Below, piece after piece: positions 1 through 13,702 of a DNA stretch of 64,000 nt; position 1 is the first letter of the stretch; each line of letters opens with the position of its first letter. A program made the translations under genes and the position numbers. The notes beneath the pieces were generated by a model. It was not told the DNA's origin. It saw nothing but the letters and a program-made list of their open reading frames with translations, and did not search any database. The DNA is from Psilocybe cubensis (lineage: Eukaryota): NCBI GenBank assembly GCA_017499595.2, contig CM039004.1, forward strand, positions 1,302,001 through 1,366,000, given 5' to 3'.

Positions 1-524
1 TCGAAAGTGAATTGTCCATCGAAGCCCACAAACCAGCCAGCCAGTCCGAAGAGCAATTTCGCGAAGGGAGGGTGCACGTCGAAATAGTATTGACGCATGA
101 TATAGTGTGACGCGAACTTGCCAAAGTGGACTTCATCGAAGCTGCAGAGGTAGGGATATGTGAGCGGCGAGGCGACAAGCTACGTAGGGAAGTTTAATGT
201 ACTTACACGACCTGGTCTGGGTGGTTGATCTTGTAGAAGCGCAGCGCAAACGCGAGGGCTGTCAAGACGCCCACGACAATCGCGCTCCCCTGTTTAGTTT
301 CTAACAACAACTCAAGTTGATTTCTGTTCTTCTAAACTCCACCAAAAGCAGATGAGCAACCCGTAATTCACACGACCAGTAGAGCACAGTTCAAAAACAC
401 GTACAGGGTTCTGGTAAATGACATCGACATGCTCATCATCCTGCGTATGTTCGTGTTCCAAGTCAGACGGCCCCGAATGAGCTGTCTGCCTCTGCCGGAG
501 GGTGCTTTTGCCTTTGCCTGCCAT
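1..524 (-). CDS. PMT4: Dolichyl-phosphate-mannose:protein O-mannosyltransferase, PMT4-like (5' part; runs off the window; spliced)
   Basis: ATG at 524. The spliced minus-strand frame reads ...[59 protein letters not shown], which contains the PMT DE motif and DVHPP motif. Assignment to the PMT4 subfamily is from recalled similarity. Confidence 0.88.
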
Positions 525-1197
525 GACTGGGAGGGGAAGGAGGGCCGAGATTTTAAAGTAACAAAATTGCTACAGGAAAAAGAAAAGAACCAGAAAGGAG
601 AGAAAAGTAAGTTGAGGTTTGTTGAAAGTTGAACAATTATGAGCGGCGTGCGTGCTTCGTTCGCTGCCACGAATGACCTTACGTAATCTCTCTCAGGATT
701 GGCAGCTACATGAGCTGGCATCACGACTTGTTATGCTTTGGTTTGGTTTTCTAGGTCGTCTCAAACTCGACCATTATCCGAATTTTCCCCTCATTCCATA
801 AATTTGAAACTTTTCTCAAGGTGTAAATGCACCTGATTATTCTTTAAAATTTGGAAGCAATCCAAAATTTTGCATTATGCATGAATAGAGGGTATAAAAG
901 AAAGTGCCATTGAAGTGAGTCATGTTGAACGGATCGACAAAAGTCTAAAGTGTCTAAGTCCACTGAGAAGAATCAGAGGATTATACATATTGTTACAGAA
1001 TAGGTATTGTTAGAAAGCATACTGGTACAGACATAAGGTATTCGACTTTGAGATATGACCCTCCTTCTCTAGAGTCGAGAGGAAATAGCATCCCAAGTAA
1101 AAAGAGTGAAAGTAGAGTTAGGGTGCGGGTTATTATATATGAATAGAGGGTATCAAAAGTCTAGAGAGTCTAAGTCCACTCAAAACATGGACATGGT

Positions 1198-2559
1198 CTA
1201 TACTTCGCAAATATCAACTTCCAAAAGACCCTTCGTTCGCAAATTACGCAGCTGTTTTATAAATTCTAGGGACACGGATTTTACCGACTCGTCACCAATA
1301 GGTCCGTCGAGCGCAAAATCTAGTCGGAAGCGCTTCATAGCATCGAACGTCGGTTGGGTAAGCAAATTGTCGAGATTATGCCAACCTGCTAATACGCTGT
1401 CGAATGCCTGTACTGTCAGAGACGGCGGTGGTTTATCGACTGTGCATGTGAGCGCAAAATCTACGAGTTGACTTGGAGCCGGTCCGGCTGTAGAAAACAT
1501 GGCGAGCAGCCAGGAAACCGGCTCCATGCGGCCGAGCAGGATGTGGGTATGCAATGAGAGATACTTGAGAGCCGGAAGATACGTCAGGCTAAGGGTATCC
1601 TTATGTGCGAGATGTGCGTCATAGTCGACTGGCGGAGAAAAGGGAATTGAATTCAGTACCGTGTGCGTGCATCGGTGTGAAATATGCTTACAATCGTGAT
1701 CAATATCTAATTCTAGATGCTGCAGGTTTGGTATAATTTCGAGGAGCTCCAGGATATTAGTATAGCTGTCAGGAGTGACGTTCATTATAAGGTGTTGTAG
1801 ACTTGACAAATTTAGGAAAGAATTGGTGCGCAGAAGAACCGGAATGATTAGCGCTAAGCTGTTTGACCGCAAAATCAAAGTCTCGAGGACAGTATTAGTT
1901 TCGGCTGTATGGGAGATGGAATCTGGCAAGTTGAGGTTGAGGACATGATCTAAGGCTGATGGAGAAAGGTGTGTCGCGGTGGCGATGTCGACATGGTCGA
2001 GCTGCAGGGTCTTGATCTGTCGGCAAGAGTCGAGAATTTTGACGAAATCGGGAAGAGAGCTGAACGAGAACTGGCGAAGGGCCAGAGTTTCTAATGACAT
2101 GGAGGACATTGCCTCGCTTATCTCCCTGAATGTCATGGTAGACCAAGCGGTTTTGATTGCGCCCGAGTTAGGCGGAGGGAAATTAAACTCGAGTGCTCGG
2201 ATATTCACGAGTTTCTTGAGCAGGGAGGGGAACGTTATCTCTTCACTGACCCATCTGTAGGTTGACGGGCGAAGGACATTGTGCTCCTGGATGGAGAGCT
2301 CGTTGACATAGGCAGCGAGATGTGGAGACGAGAGAAGAGTGCCATATATGCGACGGCAAGCGGTATTATTTGCCCAACTACTGCTGATTGGAGACGGACC
2401 GCTCCCGCTAAGCTTCAAGCGATAGAACAGATGGCAGCGGCTGGAAGGAAGCCAGGCACGGCAAACGAGAGCACAGGCGCGGAGAGCGGCGTCGTCGTCG
2501 TGCAAAAAATCGATAATGTAGTCATAGAGCTCGGGACAGAGAACATCGAGGGCCTGCAT
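1198..2559 (-). CDS. F-box-like domain protein with LRR-like C-terminus
   Basis: The N-terminus LCPELYDYIIDFLHDDDAALRACALVCRAWLPSSR is an agaric-type F-box. LxxLxL repeats follow. There is a probable in-frame 63-nt GT-AG intron at 1629-1691. Confidence 0.8.
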   Translation of the reverse strand: MQALDVLCPELYDYIIDFLHDDDAALRACALVCRAWLPSSRCHLFYRLKLSGSGPSPISSSWANNTACRRIYGTLLSSPHLAAYVNELSIQEHNVLRPSTYRWVSEEITFPSLLKKLVNIRALEFNFPPPNSGAIKTAWSTMTFREISEAMSSMSLETLALRQFSFSSLPDFVKILDSCRQIKTLQLDHVDIATATHLSPSALDHVLNLNLPDSISHTAETNTVLETLILRSNSLALIIPVLLRTNSFLNLSSLQHLIMNVTPDSYTNILELLEIIPNLQHLELDIDHDCKHISHRCTHTVLNSIPFSPPVDYDAHLAHKDTLSLTYLPALKYLSLHTHILLGRMEPVSWLLAMFSTAGPAPSQLVDFALTCTVDKPPPSLTVQAFDSVLAGWHNLDNLLTQPTFDAMKRFRLDFALDGPIGDESVKSVSLEFIKQLRNLRTKGLLEVDICEV

Positions 2560-2875
2560 GGCTGGTGGTTGCGGGGAAGGGGCAGCAGGTTACTCGGAGG
2601 GCATGCTGGGCTAAAGCTCTAAGCTAAGTATGCCAGCACAAAGTTTGATAACCCAGAATGGGAGCCGGGGATAGTTCTGAGCGTCTTGTCAACATGGTCG
2701 GAGACAACCGGGGTGATACTCCGAGCAGAGACAGTAATAGTACGTTAGGACATGTCCAAGCTGAGCAACAGACAATTGCCATAACGGGCAGACTGCATAA
2801 CCTCCGCGCCATGATGTAATGCTCTCAGGCCCTACGCTATTTCAACTTGTCATGTCCCCAACTCTGGTGTAATCA

Positions 2876-5214
2876 ATGACCAAGCACTCAAAGTCACCCA
2901 CTGCCGCCTACAAGGCAAGTGGCGGTTTCGAGACCTCCACAGGCACCCTCTACGTCTCAAAGCCTTATCGTTCAAAGGCCTCCAAGAAACTCAGGGCCCT
3001 CATCACTTTCGCCCCCCGCAAGTCCACCTTTGACATCACCAATGACAGATCCTCTTCAAATGAGTTCCGCGTATGCCCCTGACCTCCACCTCTCCCATTT
3101 GCGCTGACAATCTATCCACAGGGTTTCTTTTCCTTGTTCTGGATATCCATCTTTATCTTCTCGATACAGACCTATGTGCGCAGCATCGAGACCAACGGTC
3201 ATGCCCTCAATCTTCATTTCGCGACCATGTTCTCTCAAGATGCCGTCACTCTAGCCCTCAGTGATGCTGTTCTCGTCCTGAGCACCGGAATATGCGTCCC
3301 TTTTGCCAAAGCATTAAAGCGTGGCTGGATACGCTACTACTGGACCGGGGTTATTCTGCAACACCTGCTACAAACCACCATTTTGTTCACTGCCATATAC
3401 TGGACCTTTAACAGGTACGTCTATTTCCACACCGCTCGTCGTCATAAATCTAAAATTATCTGCCAGAGATTGGCCATGGGTCCAGTCGGGATATCTCACT
3501 TTACATTCACTGGTACGCGCCACAGTGCCTTTCATCCAGTTGCAAACTTATTCTTTCAACAGGTCATGATTATGAAAATGCACTCGTACATCACAGTCAA
3601 CGGTCAACTTCACAGCGTCTCCGAGCAGGCCAACGACCTTCTCGCGTCTATGCGCACCGCGACCAAAGCCGTCGGTGGTTGGGAGGAAGCCATGGCAGTA
3701 GCTCAAGCGAAGCAAAGAGAACTCGAAGCCCCTCAGAACTCGTCGTCTAGCCAACTATCTACGCCCCCCAATGGGAACAGTAGCACCAGTGAATCCACGC
3801 CAAACGGCACTCCTGACGTCCCGGAAGGCATGTCCACATCCTATGTCGACGTTAAGACTGCAAACGCGCTCAGGAAGCGACTTGCCGCCGTCGCAGCGCA
3901 ATCGCAGAGCGCGCCCCAAGACAGCGATGTTGGTGTGCGCACAGTACATAACCTTAACAAGGATTCCTCTCCCCTGAAAGACGCGTCTATCAACGGAACA
4001 TCAACATTTATCGTCGAGGCAGACGACCTTCCTGAAGGTCTCCATCCTCATCCTCTAGTCTACCATCCAGACCCCCAGATTTCCGATATGGCCAAGGATT
4101 ACTCGGAGCTGCAAAGCGAGCTTCTTAGCTCTGGACCCACATATGTCAGGTGGCCGGATAATATTACCTGGAAGAACTTTGCTGTTTACCAGCTTATTCC
4201 AACCCTGGTTTATGAACTCGAGTACCCTCGAACCGACCGGTATGTTGGTATTCTTTCAACCCGTATTACGCGTATTGACTGAGATAAAAGAATACGGCCT
4301 TTGTATGTCTTTGAGAAAACTGTGCGTGTCAACTTGTATCTCCGCCGTTTCCTTGCTTACAGCTTGTAATAAAGGTCGCCACGTTTGGAACCTTTGCCCT
4401 GCTTTACACAGTTACAGAGAGCTTTATTCTGCCCTACACTCCCAGAGCAGACCAATCATTCCTGAGATCTCTGCTGGATCTCGCTCTTCCATTCATGATA
4501 GCATATATTCTCCTTTTCTTCATTATTTTTGGTAAGCCATCCTTTTCTCTGCCAATTCTTATAATTAACCTTATGATGAAGAATGCATATGTAATGGATT
4601 TGCTGAACTTTCTTAGTGAGTGATTGAGCGATATATCTTCTCATTCATTGTGTTAACAAACTCTCGGCGTAGCTTCGCTGACAGACAGTTCTATGAGGAC
4701 TGGGTAAGTTGCTATTCCTTGATTTATGAAATAATTATCTTAATTTGTCTTTTGTCTAGTACGCAATTTCTGAAGACTTTTTTCAAGTCTGTTTTAACAT
4801 TGCACAGGTGGAACTCTACATCTTGGGACGAATTCTCCCGCAAATGGAATAAACCAGTGCATACTTTCCTGCTCCGACATGTATACGCTGCGACGATTAT
4901 GAGCTACCGGTTCTCAAGATCTACTGCGATGTTTGTGACCTTCTTGCTTAGCGCTTGTGCGCATGAGCTCGTCATGGTGGTTGTGACACGCAAAGTCAGG
5001 TGCGTCATTTTATGACCATGGATTTGAATAGTCGAAGGTATCTGAACAATGTTGTAGAATGTATCTCTTCACGCTGCAGCTGATCCAAATCCCGCTTATC
5101 GTCATTGGACGTACGCCTGCGATCAAGCGCAACAAGCTTATGGGCAACGTCGTGTTCTGGCTAGGTCTCTACGCCGGGTTCCCGCTCCTCTGTGTTGCCT
5201 ATGTGGCGTATTGA
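2876..5214 (+). CDS. ARE2: Sterol O-acyltransferase (MBOAT family, Are1/Are2-like), multi-exon
   Basis: Motifs MKMHSY, PTLVYELEYPRT, FADRQFYEDW/WNSTSWDEFSRKWNKPVHTFLLRHVY, the catalytic SACAHE and GNVVFWLGL are present. Stop TGA at 5212-5214. Confidence 0.93.
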
Positions 5215-5885
5215 CCACGACAAGTGTAATAATATACTTCGACATACTACCCCACAAAAATACAAATACAAATGCAACAACTATTGGAAGCGGAAAGCGG
5301 AGTTTTACATACATAGACCCGAAGCGCGTCGAGGTGGATGATATCGGAAGCAGGGGAAGAAAGCTTATCTGAATCACGGAGTAACTCAAGTACCGACCGT
5401 GTTCATGTGGCTTCAGGCTTCCCCCCATATTGGTCTTACGTTAATGGCCGCAGTCTGGCGATACATGGTGCCTTCAAAAACACATACCGAAGATCTATCT
5501 TCATTAAACCTATTTGTAGAGGAGTTACAAACGATTTCTCCTCTCTCTTTTATTTTGCATCTTCATCAATCACTACTAATTTAGAAACGTTGGCGAAATT
5601 TTTCGTGTTATGTTTAGGTGCGGCAGAACAAATATCCCCCCTCCCCCACACCCCCAGCCTCTTCTTATACATATATCAATCCTATTATTATTGTGTTTCT
5701 TTCTTTTTTGTTGGTGTCGTGTGCCATAATGCTGCGATCCCATAGTATTTAACATTTTTGAATAATTCATACCTTTACATTTGTTACATTCATGGTACAT
5801 TTGATAAGTAGCAGTTGAACAACCACACCCTGCTGATCGTATCCAGCATGTGTAGGCTACTCATAAAAGTATTATAATACCCCAC

Positions 5886-7746
5886 CTAAGAGTAAGACCG
5901 GACCTTGGAGAACCAAAACGGCCTCTCATGCTTAAGCATGATGGGGTAGACATCACCCGTCTCTATATTGACCGAATCGTAGCTCTCAATGTCCATCCTA
6001 TTCCACCGGCCGAGCGGGCGGGATCGAAGGTTGAGCGTCATTGAGAATGTATAGCGTGGTTCCTGGTCTGATCTGTCGCTCGTGCTGTTGGCATTGCCGT
6101 GGCTATGGCCAGAGACTCGAGACACGCCCCCAGATAATACACCGTCAGATGAGGGCAGAGACGTGGAGAATCGGCCGCTTGCGTCGAGGAGGTTTGTTAG
6201 CTGCACAATGGTACCGTTCAGAGTCCATTGACCGGAGAAAAGACCCTGGATGAAAGAGGTGTGGTTAGTTTGTTGCGCCATGGAAAAGGTGAAATCAGGC
6301 GTACGTTCATTCGCAAAGTTGGCTTTAGAAGAGGAATGATAGATTGTGGGGAGTGCTCTTCGTTAGCCAGCAAAGAAAGAACAAGCCCGTTGGGATAGAA
6401 CCGTCTGTGATGCGTAAATTAGATCTATTTATGATAAAATATTAAATAGGGTATGCTTACAAGTAGCGGTGGTAAGTTATGAGATGGCTCGTCTTGAAAG
6501 CGTATGTTAATTGTTGGGTAATTGTGAATGCTTCATGAATCTTACATTGACCCATGAATTCTCGCTGAGACCAGGTCGCCTATACGAATTATGAATTGGT
6601 TTCAGTATGTACTTCAAGAAATTCAAGGCGACGCACACATAGTGGCATGTTGCGATATATACTCCATCCAGGCGCAAACGAGGTTGTTCAATGTAGACAC
6701 GACGAAAATCCCAAGAGAACTTTTCAATCACAGGAACAATGACATCGTAGTCTGGAATTTGAGGCGGTAAGTAGGTTCTTTGAACAAGCTTTCTAGTGGA
6801 CCAAATTGTTAATCATACCTTGTATTTGGTGATCATTAAAACGACTCACCTCCATATTCCTGGATCCAAGCTGACTACCCTTGCCTTCTTACTAACTTTC
6901 GCAAACCGTTCAATAGACGTGGGATCTAAATTTCCCAAAATTACCACAAGCAACTCTTCAGGCAACATGTTTAATAGCACGGGTTCGCCTTCTTTCTCAG
7001 GTTCAAACTGAAGCGCGTTCTCCAGGAATGGGGCCACGATGCTTGCGATTGTGCCAGTAATTCCATGCCCTTTCTTCAATATAGGTGGGCTAGTAATTCT
7101 TGCTCCTTCTTTGAAATTTTCTGCCAGTTCATCTATTTCGGTAGCAGGTTTTGGTGCCTGGAGTGCTTGCTGCTCCCTCACTATAGCCTTAAGCTTCTCT
7201 TCGCGACGATATGCGCGATCGACATTATCATCCTATGACACCACTTTGATGAGTTTACGTGTATACCAACAATGCCACGTTCAAACGACATACCAATCTG
7301 AATGCCTGTCGGTATAATACAAGCGCTTCGTCATAATTTCCCTTTTGCTCATAGTCTACAGCTTGTCTGTATGCTTTGAGCGCTTTTTCCAAAATAGGAA
7401 AAGTTTGAGGAGGAGGTTGGATTGCGCCGTCGCGCACTGCTGGATGTGTCAAGGCAGGGGGCGTTGTAGCGGCGGTATCTCTGGCAGCAGAAACAGCCAA
7501 GTTTTCCTGGATTTTAAATGTATCAAATTGGAGTACGCCTGTGGTCGGCTGCCCAGCTCTATTGACCTGGGTACTCGAGGTTGAGCCAGTGGGAGCGGAG
7601 TTCTTGGAGGCCCCTGAGGCCTCATCCTTCCGCCTCTGAAGCTCTTCTAGCCATTCAGCTCTGAACTTTGCAAGCTCTGCATTCTCCTCCTGGGCAGAGG
7701 GCACCGCGCCAGCTTGCGCCGATTGGGAGGACGATGCCACTGGCAT
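5886..7746 (-). CDS. F-box protein of the FBXO9/Hrt3/Pof7 family, multi-exon
   Basis: N-terminal ELAKFRAEWLEE, TPR-like AYRQAVDYEQKGNYDEALVLYRQAF, F-box LNMLPEELLVVIL, then PRLRLDGVYIATCHY, HLITYHRYLRFYPNG and the terminal PFWFSKVRSY. Confidence 0.88.
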
Positions 7747-8087
7747 GCGAGTTGAAGGATTTGTGATTTATAAACCATCGTTGTCCACCTTTGCGACTTG
7801 ATATAGATTACGTCTTATCTGCTAAGTAACATATGCATTAACGGAAATTATTTTCTTCTGCCTCATTTACCCACAGTTACATAATATGATATACCTTACT
7901 GGTCAGTTAAACCCTTAAAATAATTATTTTAATAAATCAAATGAGGTGTACCTGATCAAGTTAATTCTCCACGTCCCCACCAAGTCCTCACCCAGGGTCC
8001 TCGACTCCCACCAACAGGTGTAACTTCCATATCCACTACTCAGCGCCAGACGCTGGAGGATACCACGCAAGCAACTGTACATACTAC

Positions 8088-9754
8088 ATGGAGGGAAACA
8101 AGGATGAAGCCGTGCGATGCCTCGCTATCGCTCGCAAACACTACGAAGCTGGTAATTGGTCGGCGGCGCGCAAGTTCACATCCAAGTCTATATCACTGTT
8201 CTCACTTCCCGAGGCCACTGCACTCCTGGCGAAAATAAATGCGAGCGCGGCTAAAGAAGAAGAAACTCCTTCAGCCTCGACTAACTCGACGACCGAAGAA
8301 CACCCATCTGCTGCTGGCATCAAGCACCGACATACGAGTGCGCAGCCGAAGGCTGGTCAAGCAGCTGGTACGGCAGGTGGCATGGGTGGGGAGAAGAGGG
8401 ATTATACTCCAGAACAACTGGCGGTCGTGAAACGCGTGAGGTCATGTAAAGTGACCGAGTACTACGAAATCCTTGCCGTACAGAAGGGATGCGACGAAGC
8501 GGAAATCAAAAAAGCATATCGCAAGGTGCGCCCTGGTTACACCATTGCACTGAAAGTTATACATTAATTTTACTTTGGTGAATCTAGCTCGCCTTAGCAT
8601 TGCATCCGGATAAGAACGGTGCCCCAGGGGCAGATGAAGCTTTCAAACGTAAGCGTCAAATTATATTCGCTTCCGGTATATTGCATTCAAAGGACATTCT
8701 ACTTAGTCGTGTCGAAGGCTTTCCAAGTATTATCGGGTTGGTTTTACTTTTTGTAATCTAATGTGCACTCGCTAACAAGATACCTCAGACCCACAAAAAC
8801 GCGCCGTATTTGACAGTGGGACTGACCCAGAAGACCGTTTCGGTGGCATGCCTTCACGATCTCCTGGGTTTGCATCAGGTGGTGGGGCACGATTTGACGG
8901 AGAACTCAGTCCTGAAGATCTATTCAATATGTTCTTTGGGGGCACGGGCGGTGCTTTCGGTCCAGGATTTGGCCAGGGATTCCAAACGTTTGGCGGCGGC
9001 CCAAGTATGTAATACTTTCCTCCTCTCTTCGCAAATTTAACATATCTACGTAGCTGTCTTTACATTCGGGGGAAATGGTTTCCGGACGCAAACCTTCACA
9101 CGTGGTGCTCCCCGCACAGGAGAGAATGCCAATGCTGAACCTCGCTCACTTTTTGTCCAACTACTCCCTCTGCTCATGTTGATCGGTTTCTCTCTATTAT
9201 CATCACTACCCAATCTGTTTACGACACCGCCTACTCCAGATCCTCGGTTTGCTTTCTCACCTGCCGGAAAATATTCTACCGAAATGGAAACAGGTGGACT
9301 TGGTGTCCGTTATTTCGTGAATCCAACAGAATTCACCCAACACCCTGTTATTGGTGCGGAGTTTGCGAAAGAAGGCGTCAAAGTGGGACGAGTAGTGGAA
9401 GAACCCGTCAACGACGACTCACCGGATGCAGAGGGTCAGAAGGACTCGACGGAGAAAGGCACGAAATCGAAATCCAAAAAGAAACAGAAATTACAGAAGG
9501 TAGTCAAAGGCAAAGGGAAAAAACGCGGACCCGCCTTGACGAGATTCGAGGATACAGTTGATCAAACATACACTCAAGACTTATATGCTCGGTGTAGGGC
9601 GGGACTCAATAGAAAAGAACAACGGAAAGATGCAGAGATTGGCATCTTCGGATTTGGGACAGATTGGGAGAAGGTCAAGAAGATACAGGACGAAGTTATT
9701 GAGAGCTGCGAGGAGTTGAAACGTCTAGGGGTGTGGAATGGTTCGAACAGATAG
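8088..9754 (+). CDS. ER-membrane DnaJ co-chaperone (Hlj1/DNAJB12-like; J domain, G/F region, TM, DUF1977-like tail)
   Basis: MEGNKDEAVRCL N-terminus; J domain YYEILAV...IKKAYRK/LALALHPDKNGAPGADEAFK with HPD; ELSPEDLFNMFFGG; TM segment QLLPLLMLIGFSLLS. Confidence 0.92.
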
Positions 9755-10560
9755 CACTGAGACGCGACTTAATTTATTTTCGGTAGGATTATGCATTGGA
9801 TATATAACACGTAGTTTAGACGCCTTCTGACTTTATGAAATTAATGAATTGTATTGGTTGAATAACATCAAGTCGCTTGCTGTGTCTAGGCAGTTCTAGA
9901 ACTAAGTTGCTGAAAGGTTCGTGGTTGAGGGTGATATCGACGACACTTTTATGAGGAAGCAGCGGCGGCGGCAGCCCTCTCCTTTTCAAGCTTGATGTAG
10001 AAGTTCTCCTGGCGTTCAACTGCAAAAAAAATAACGGGTTTGTTCCTGCGTTGATGATACGATGATACCCTTGTAGTTACTCACTGTGCTTCAGGTGGCT
10101 TCCATACCTGGGAGATAGTTGGCATACAAGTACACGCGATAAAGAGGTCCAATGCTTACCAGTAAGCGTATCCTGCAGAGATACCAAGGCCAAGGGCGCA
10201 GCCAACGTCGAGCCAAAAGCGTTTTCTGAGTTTGCCGGTGATAGGAGCGATGGCCATGGTTTGTTAAGGGTTGTGGTGGAGGAAAGGGAGATGTCGGGTG
10301 GGCCAATGGGTGGTGATGAGGCAATTATGTCAGCGATAGTCACGGCCATGTCACAGGGCAGGTGTTGTCCTCGCCTTACACACACTCCTCCCAATCTTGA
10401 CTAACTACTCTTACTTCTCTTATCAGTGGTTTCCCTTTTAACGGTGCCATTCGTATATAACATTCAGCTCTCCAGAGGTCGGCGTTGTAATCGGAAGAAA
10501 TCTTCCATATCGTGTTATTCATCTTAAACCCCGCGTGACATATACAATCCAAGATCCATC

Positions 10561-12437
10561 ATGGAAGACCCCTCAGGCTCTGGTGGTTGGCGCTTTGCTC
10601 AGTGTTTCGGTGACAAGGGCGAGGTCGAGGACATCACTGAGGGTGAGCATCTACTACCTTGATCGCTATCTCAGTTGTGTGCCATCTGCGTGCTAGTCAC
10701 CATGCGGCGGCCTCTAATTAGCTCTTGATATCAGCCGACATCATATCCACCGTGGAGTTCGATTCAACAGGAAACTATCTCGCCACTGGAGACAAGGGTG
10801 GACGTGTCGTTCTATTTGAACGCAATGAAATGGTACGTTATCGTACTATTGTTTGTTTCCATATGTGGCACCGCAAGGGATAAAGTGGCGCTTCTCCTGG
10901 AACTCCCTTGTCCTCCTTGACATTCTGTCGCACTGCTAACGTCGATTCTATCGCTTCAGAAAAAAGGATGCGAGTATAAATTCTATACTGAATTCCAATC
11001 GCACGAACCAGAATTCGACTACCTCAAATCACTTGAAATTGAAGAGAAGATTAACAAGATCAAATGGTGCAAACGACAGAATTCGGCGCATTTTCTATTA
11101 TCAACAAACGGTGAATCAGTTTCAACGTATATTTGTTTTTTTACGCTGCTAAAATAGTATTTCAGATAAAACGATCAAGCTCTGGAAAGTGTTCGAGAAA
11201 TCATTGCGGGTGGTATCTGAATCGAATCATTTCGATGGCCAGCAACCCATAGCTGCCCCTTCTAGCACAAGCCACTTGCGACTCCCTCGGATGACACAAC
11301 AAGACAATATCATCGCTGCTGTTCCTCGAAAAGTCTACTCTAACGCACATGCTTACCACATCCATTCCATCTCAGTCAACTCTGATCAAGAGACATACAT
11401 TTCGGCGGACGATTTGAGAATCAACCTCTGGAACTTAAATACCAGCGACCAGAGTTTTAGTAAGCACTTTACTTCTCCCCTTTTTCATAATCCAGGATTG
11501 TCGTTTTCTCCGGCTGACTAATGCAATTTTTGCCATCTCTACAGACATTGTCGACATCAAACCTGTGAATATGGAGGAACTAACAGAAGTTATCACCGCA
11601 ACTGAGTTCCATCCAACCCAATGCAATCTATTCATGTATTCAAGCTCAAAAAGCAACATCAAGCTCGCAGATATGCGGGATTCTGCTCTTTGTGATCGCC
11701 ACGCTAAATGTCAGTCAACGCGCGGCGTTATGAAAAGAGAGATCTGATTTTGTTATCTAGGCTTTGAGGAAGAAGAAGATCCTACCACGCGATCCTTTTT
11801 CTCTGAAATCATATCTTCCATCTCTGACGTCAAGTTTAGCCACGATGGCCGTTACATTCTTTCCCGCGATTATCTTTCGTTGAAAATTTGGGACATCAAC
11901 ATGGAATCAAAGCCTGTTAAAACCATACCCATTCACGATCATCTGAGAGGCAAGCTGTGTGATCTCTATGAAAACGATTGCATATTCGACAAATTCGAAT
12001 GTATCTGGGGAGGAGATGATAAGTGAGCTCTCCCTCTCCCCACCCTCTATGATGCGGTTATTTTGGTCTCATATTAACTTTTTCGTAGGCACGTATTGAC
12101 CGGCTCATATCACAATTACTTCCGGATATACGATACCGATACGATGAACGACGTCGTACTACAAGCTGATAAATCAGCCTTCAAGGCGAAGAAGATTGGT
12201 GGGCCTCTTCCAGGAGGTAAACCTGGAATGAAGAACGGACCTAGACCGGGTGGCTTGAGGGATGCTATGGCGATGGACGCACTTGACTTTAATAAGAAGA
12301 TTCTTCATGCAAGCTGGCATCCACGTGAAAACACTATTGCTGTAAGATATTTCTTAAATCGGTCTTTTGTTTTTTTAAACTAACCCGTTTAATAGATTGC
12401 TGCAACGAATAATCTGTTCTTGTACAGTGCGGCTTGA
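10561..12437 (+). CDS. CDC55: Protein phosphatase 2A regulatory subunit B55 (WD40), multi-exon
   Basis: [75 protein letters not shown] and [13 protein letters not shown]. Stop TGA at 12435-12437. Confidence 0.97.
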
Positions 12438-13702
12438 ATGCCGCGTTGTGTTGAGTACACCCTTCCCGTTGTCGTTTGTATCCACTTTTTCTCTTTCTCG
12501 TCCTTGGATCTCTGCACGTCTTTGTTGGTGTCTTTGTTGTGATTGGCAGGATAGAAGGATCGAAGTAATCAGTCATTTTCCCAATATGAACAAACCACAC
12601 GCATGGGACCTTTAAATCATCCAATCCTAACCACTCCATCCTTTCACTGTCATTGTTTCTGGCACATCCACCACGACGTTATTCGGGTCACCCATCCGTC
12701 GAATCTATACGCATCATCCATCTTTAATTCCAGTTTTTTTACACTCGTACTTACTTGCCTTCTTATACCTTTTCCGCATATACTTTCCCTGCACGGCCCT
12801 CACTTTTTTGTGAAGATGGTCGCCTCTGACTTTTTTTACCCACAACTTTTATATGTCAAGCATCTTGATGCTTTTCTTCAAACTTATTTTCTCCTTCCCT
12901 CCATCATATTTATTATGGCTCTGATGCACTCTTTCAAGTTTTACTGTTCACATTTTTGCATTTCATGGTTTCTAGAGGAGGGAAGAGAAAAAGAGATAGA
13001 AATACAGTGTAAAGGTATGTATCTCCTTTTCTTCTGCAATATGGTTAGGATATTGATTGTTTGTAGGTTCAAGGGCAGAAATTACGAAGGCACAATGAAA
13101 GACAATGTCGAATAACAATTTAATGCAGTACATGTGAAATGAATGGGCTTGATCCCCGATTGTATTATAATGCGATATATTCAACTTCTCTGGCTTGATG
13201 TCCCGTCTTGACTCTTCAGCCTCAGCTCTCTGTTGCATAGACATTGCACCAATTAATCTTTCAGTGAGTGCTGATAACGATGACTACACCCCATCAATCA
13301 ATCCGAGTATGATGGTCACCGCCCCAATAAAAATTGGATAAGTAAACTATCAGAAAAAAACCAGTGAATGGTCAAGCGGGTAAACGGCGCGGTCGAAATT
13401 ATAGCGTGGCAAGTGAAGAGCATCAGGAGAACTTCAGAGAGCGAGAAGTGACGTACAAGGTCCCGGAACGGAAGTAAAGCTCTGTTCCGTTGCTACAAAG
13501 ACCTCCGAATGAAATAAGAGCAAATAAGGTCAACACTCCGGCTTTGAGTCTTGCAGCATTCAACGTTGAGAGAGTCAGTCGCTACTTGCAGCCTTAGTGC
13601 CTACCTTGCCAATAATCCAACGACAATCCCAACATTTCATAGAATACCTTTCCTACTATAACTGGTCCAGTTCTCATAACTCTTCCTACCAACTTCACAC
13701 CC

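Noticed and set aside
12603-13115. 170-aa hydrophobic ORF downstream of CDC55
   Set aside because: It is T-rich 3'-UTR-like sequence that translates to F/L/I by composition and shows no motif.
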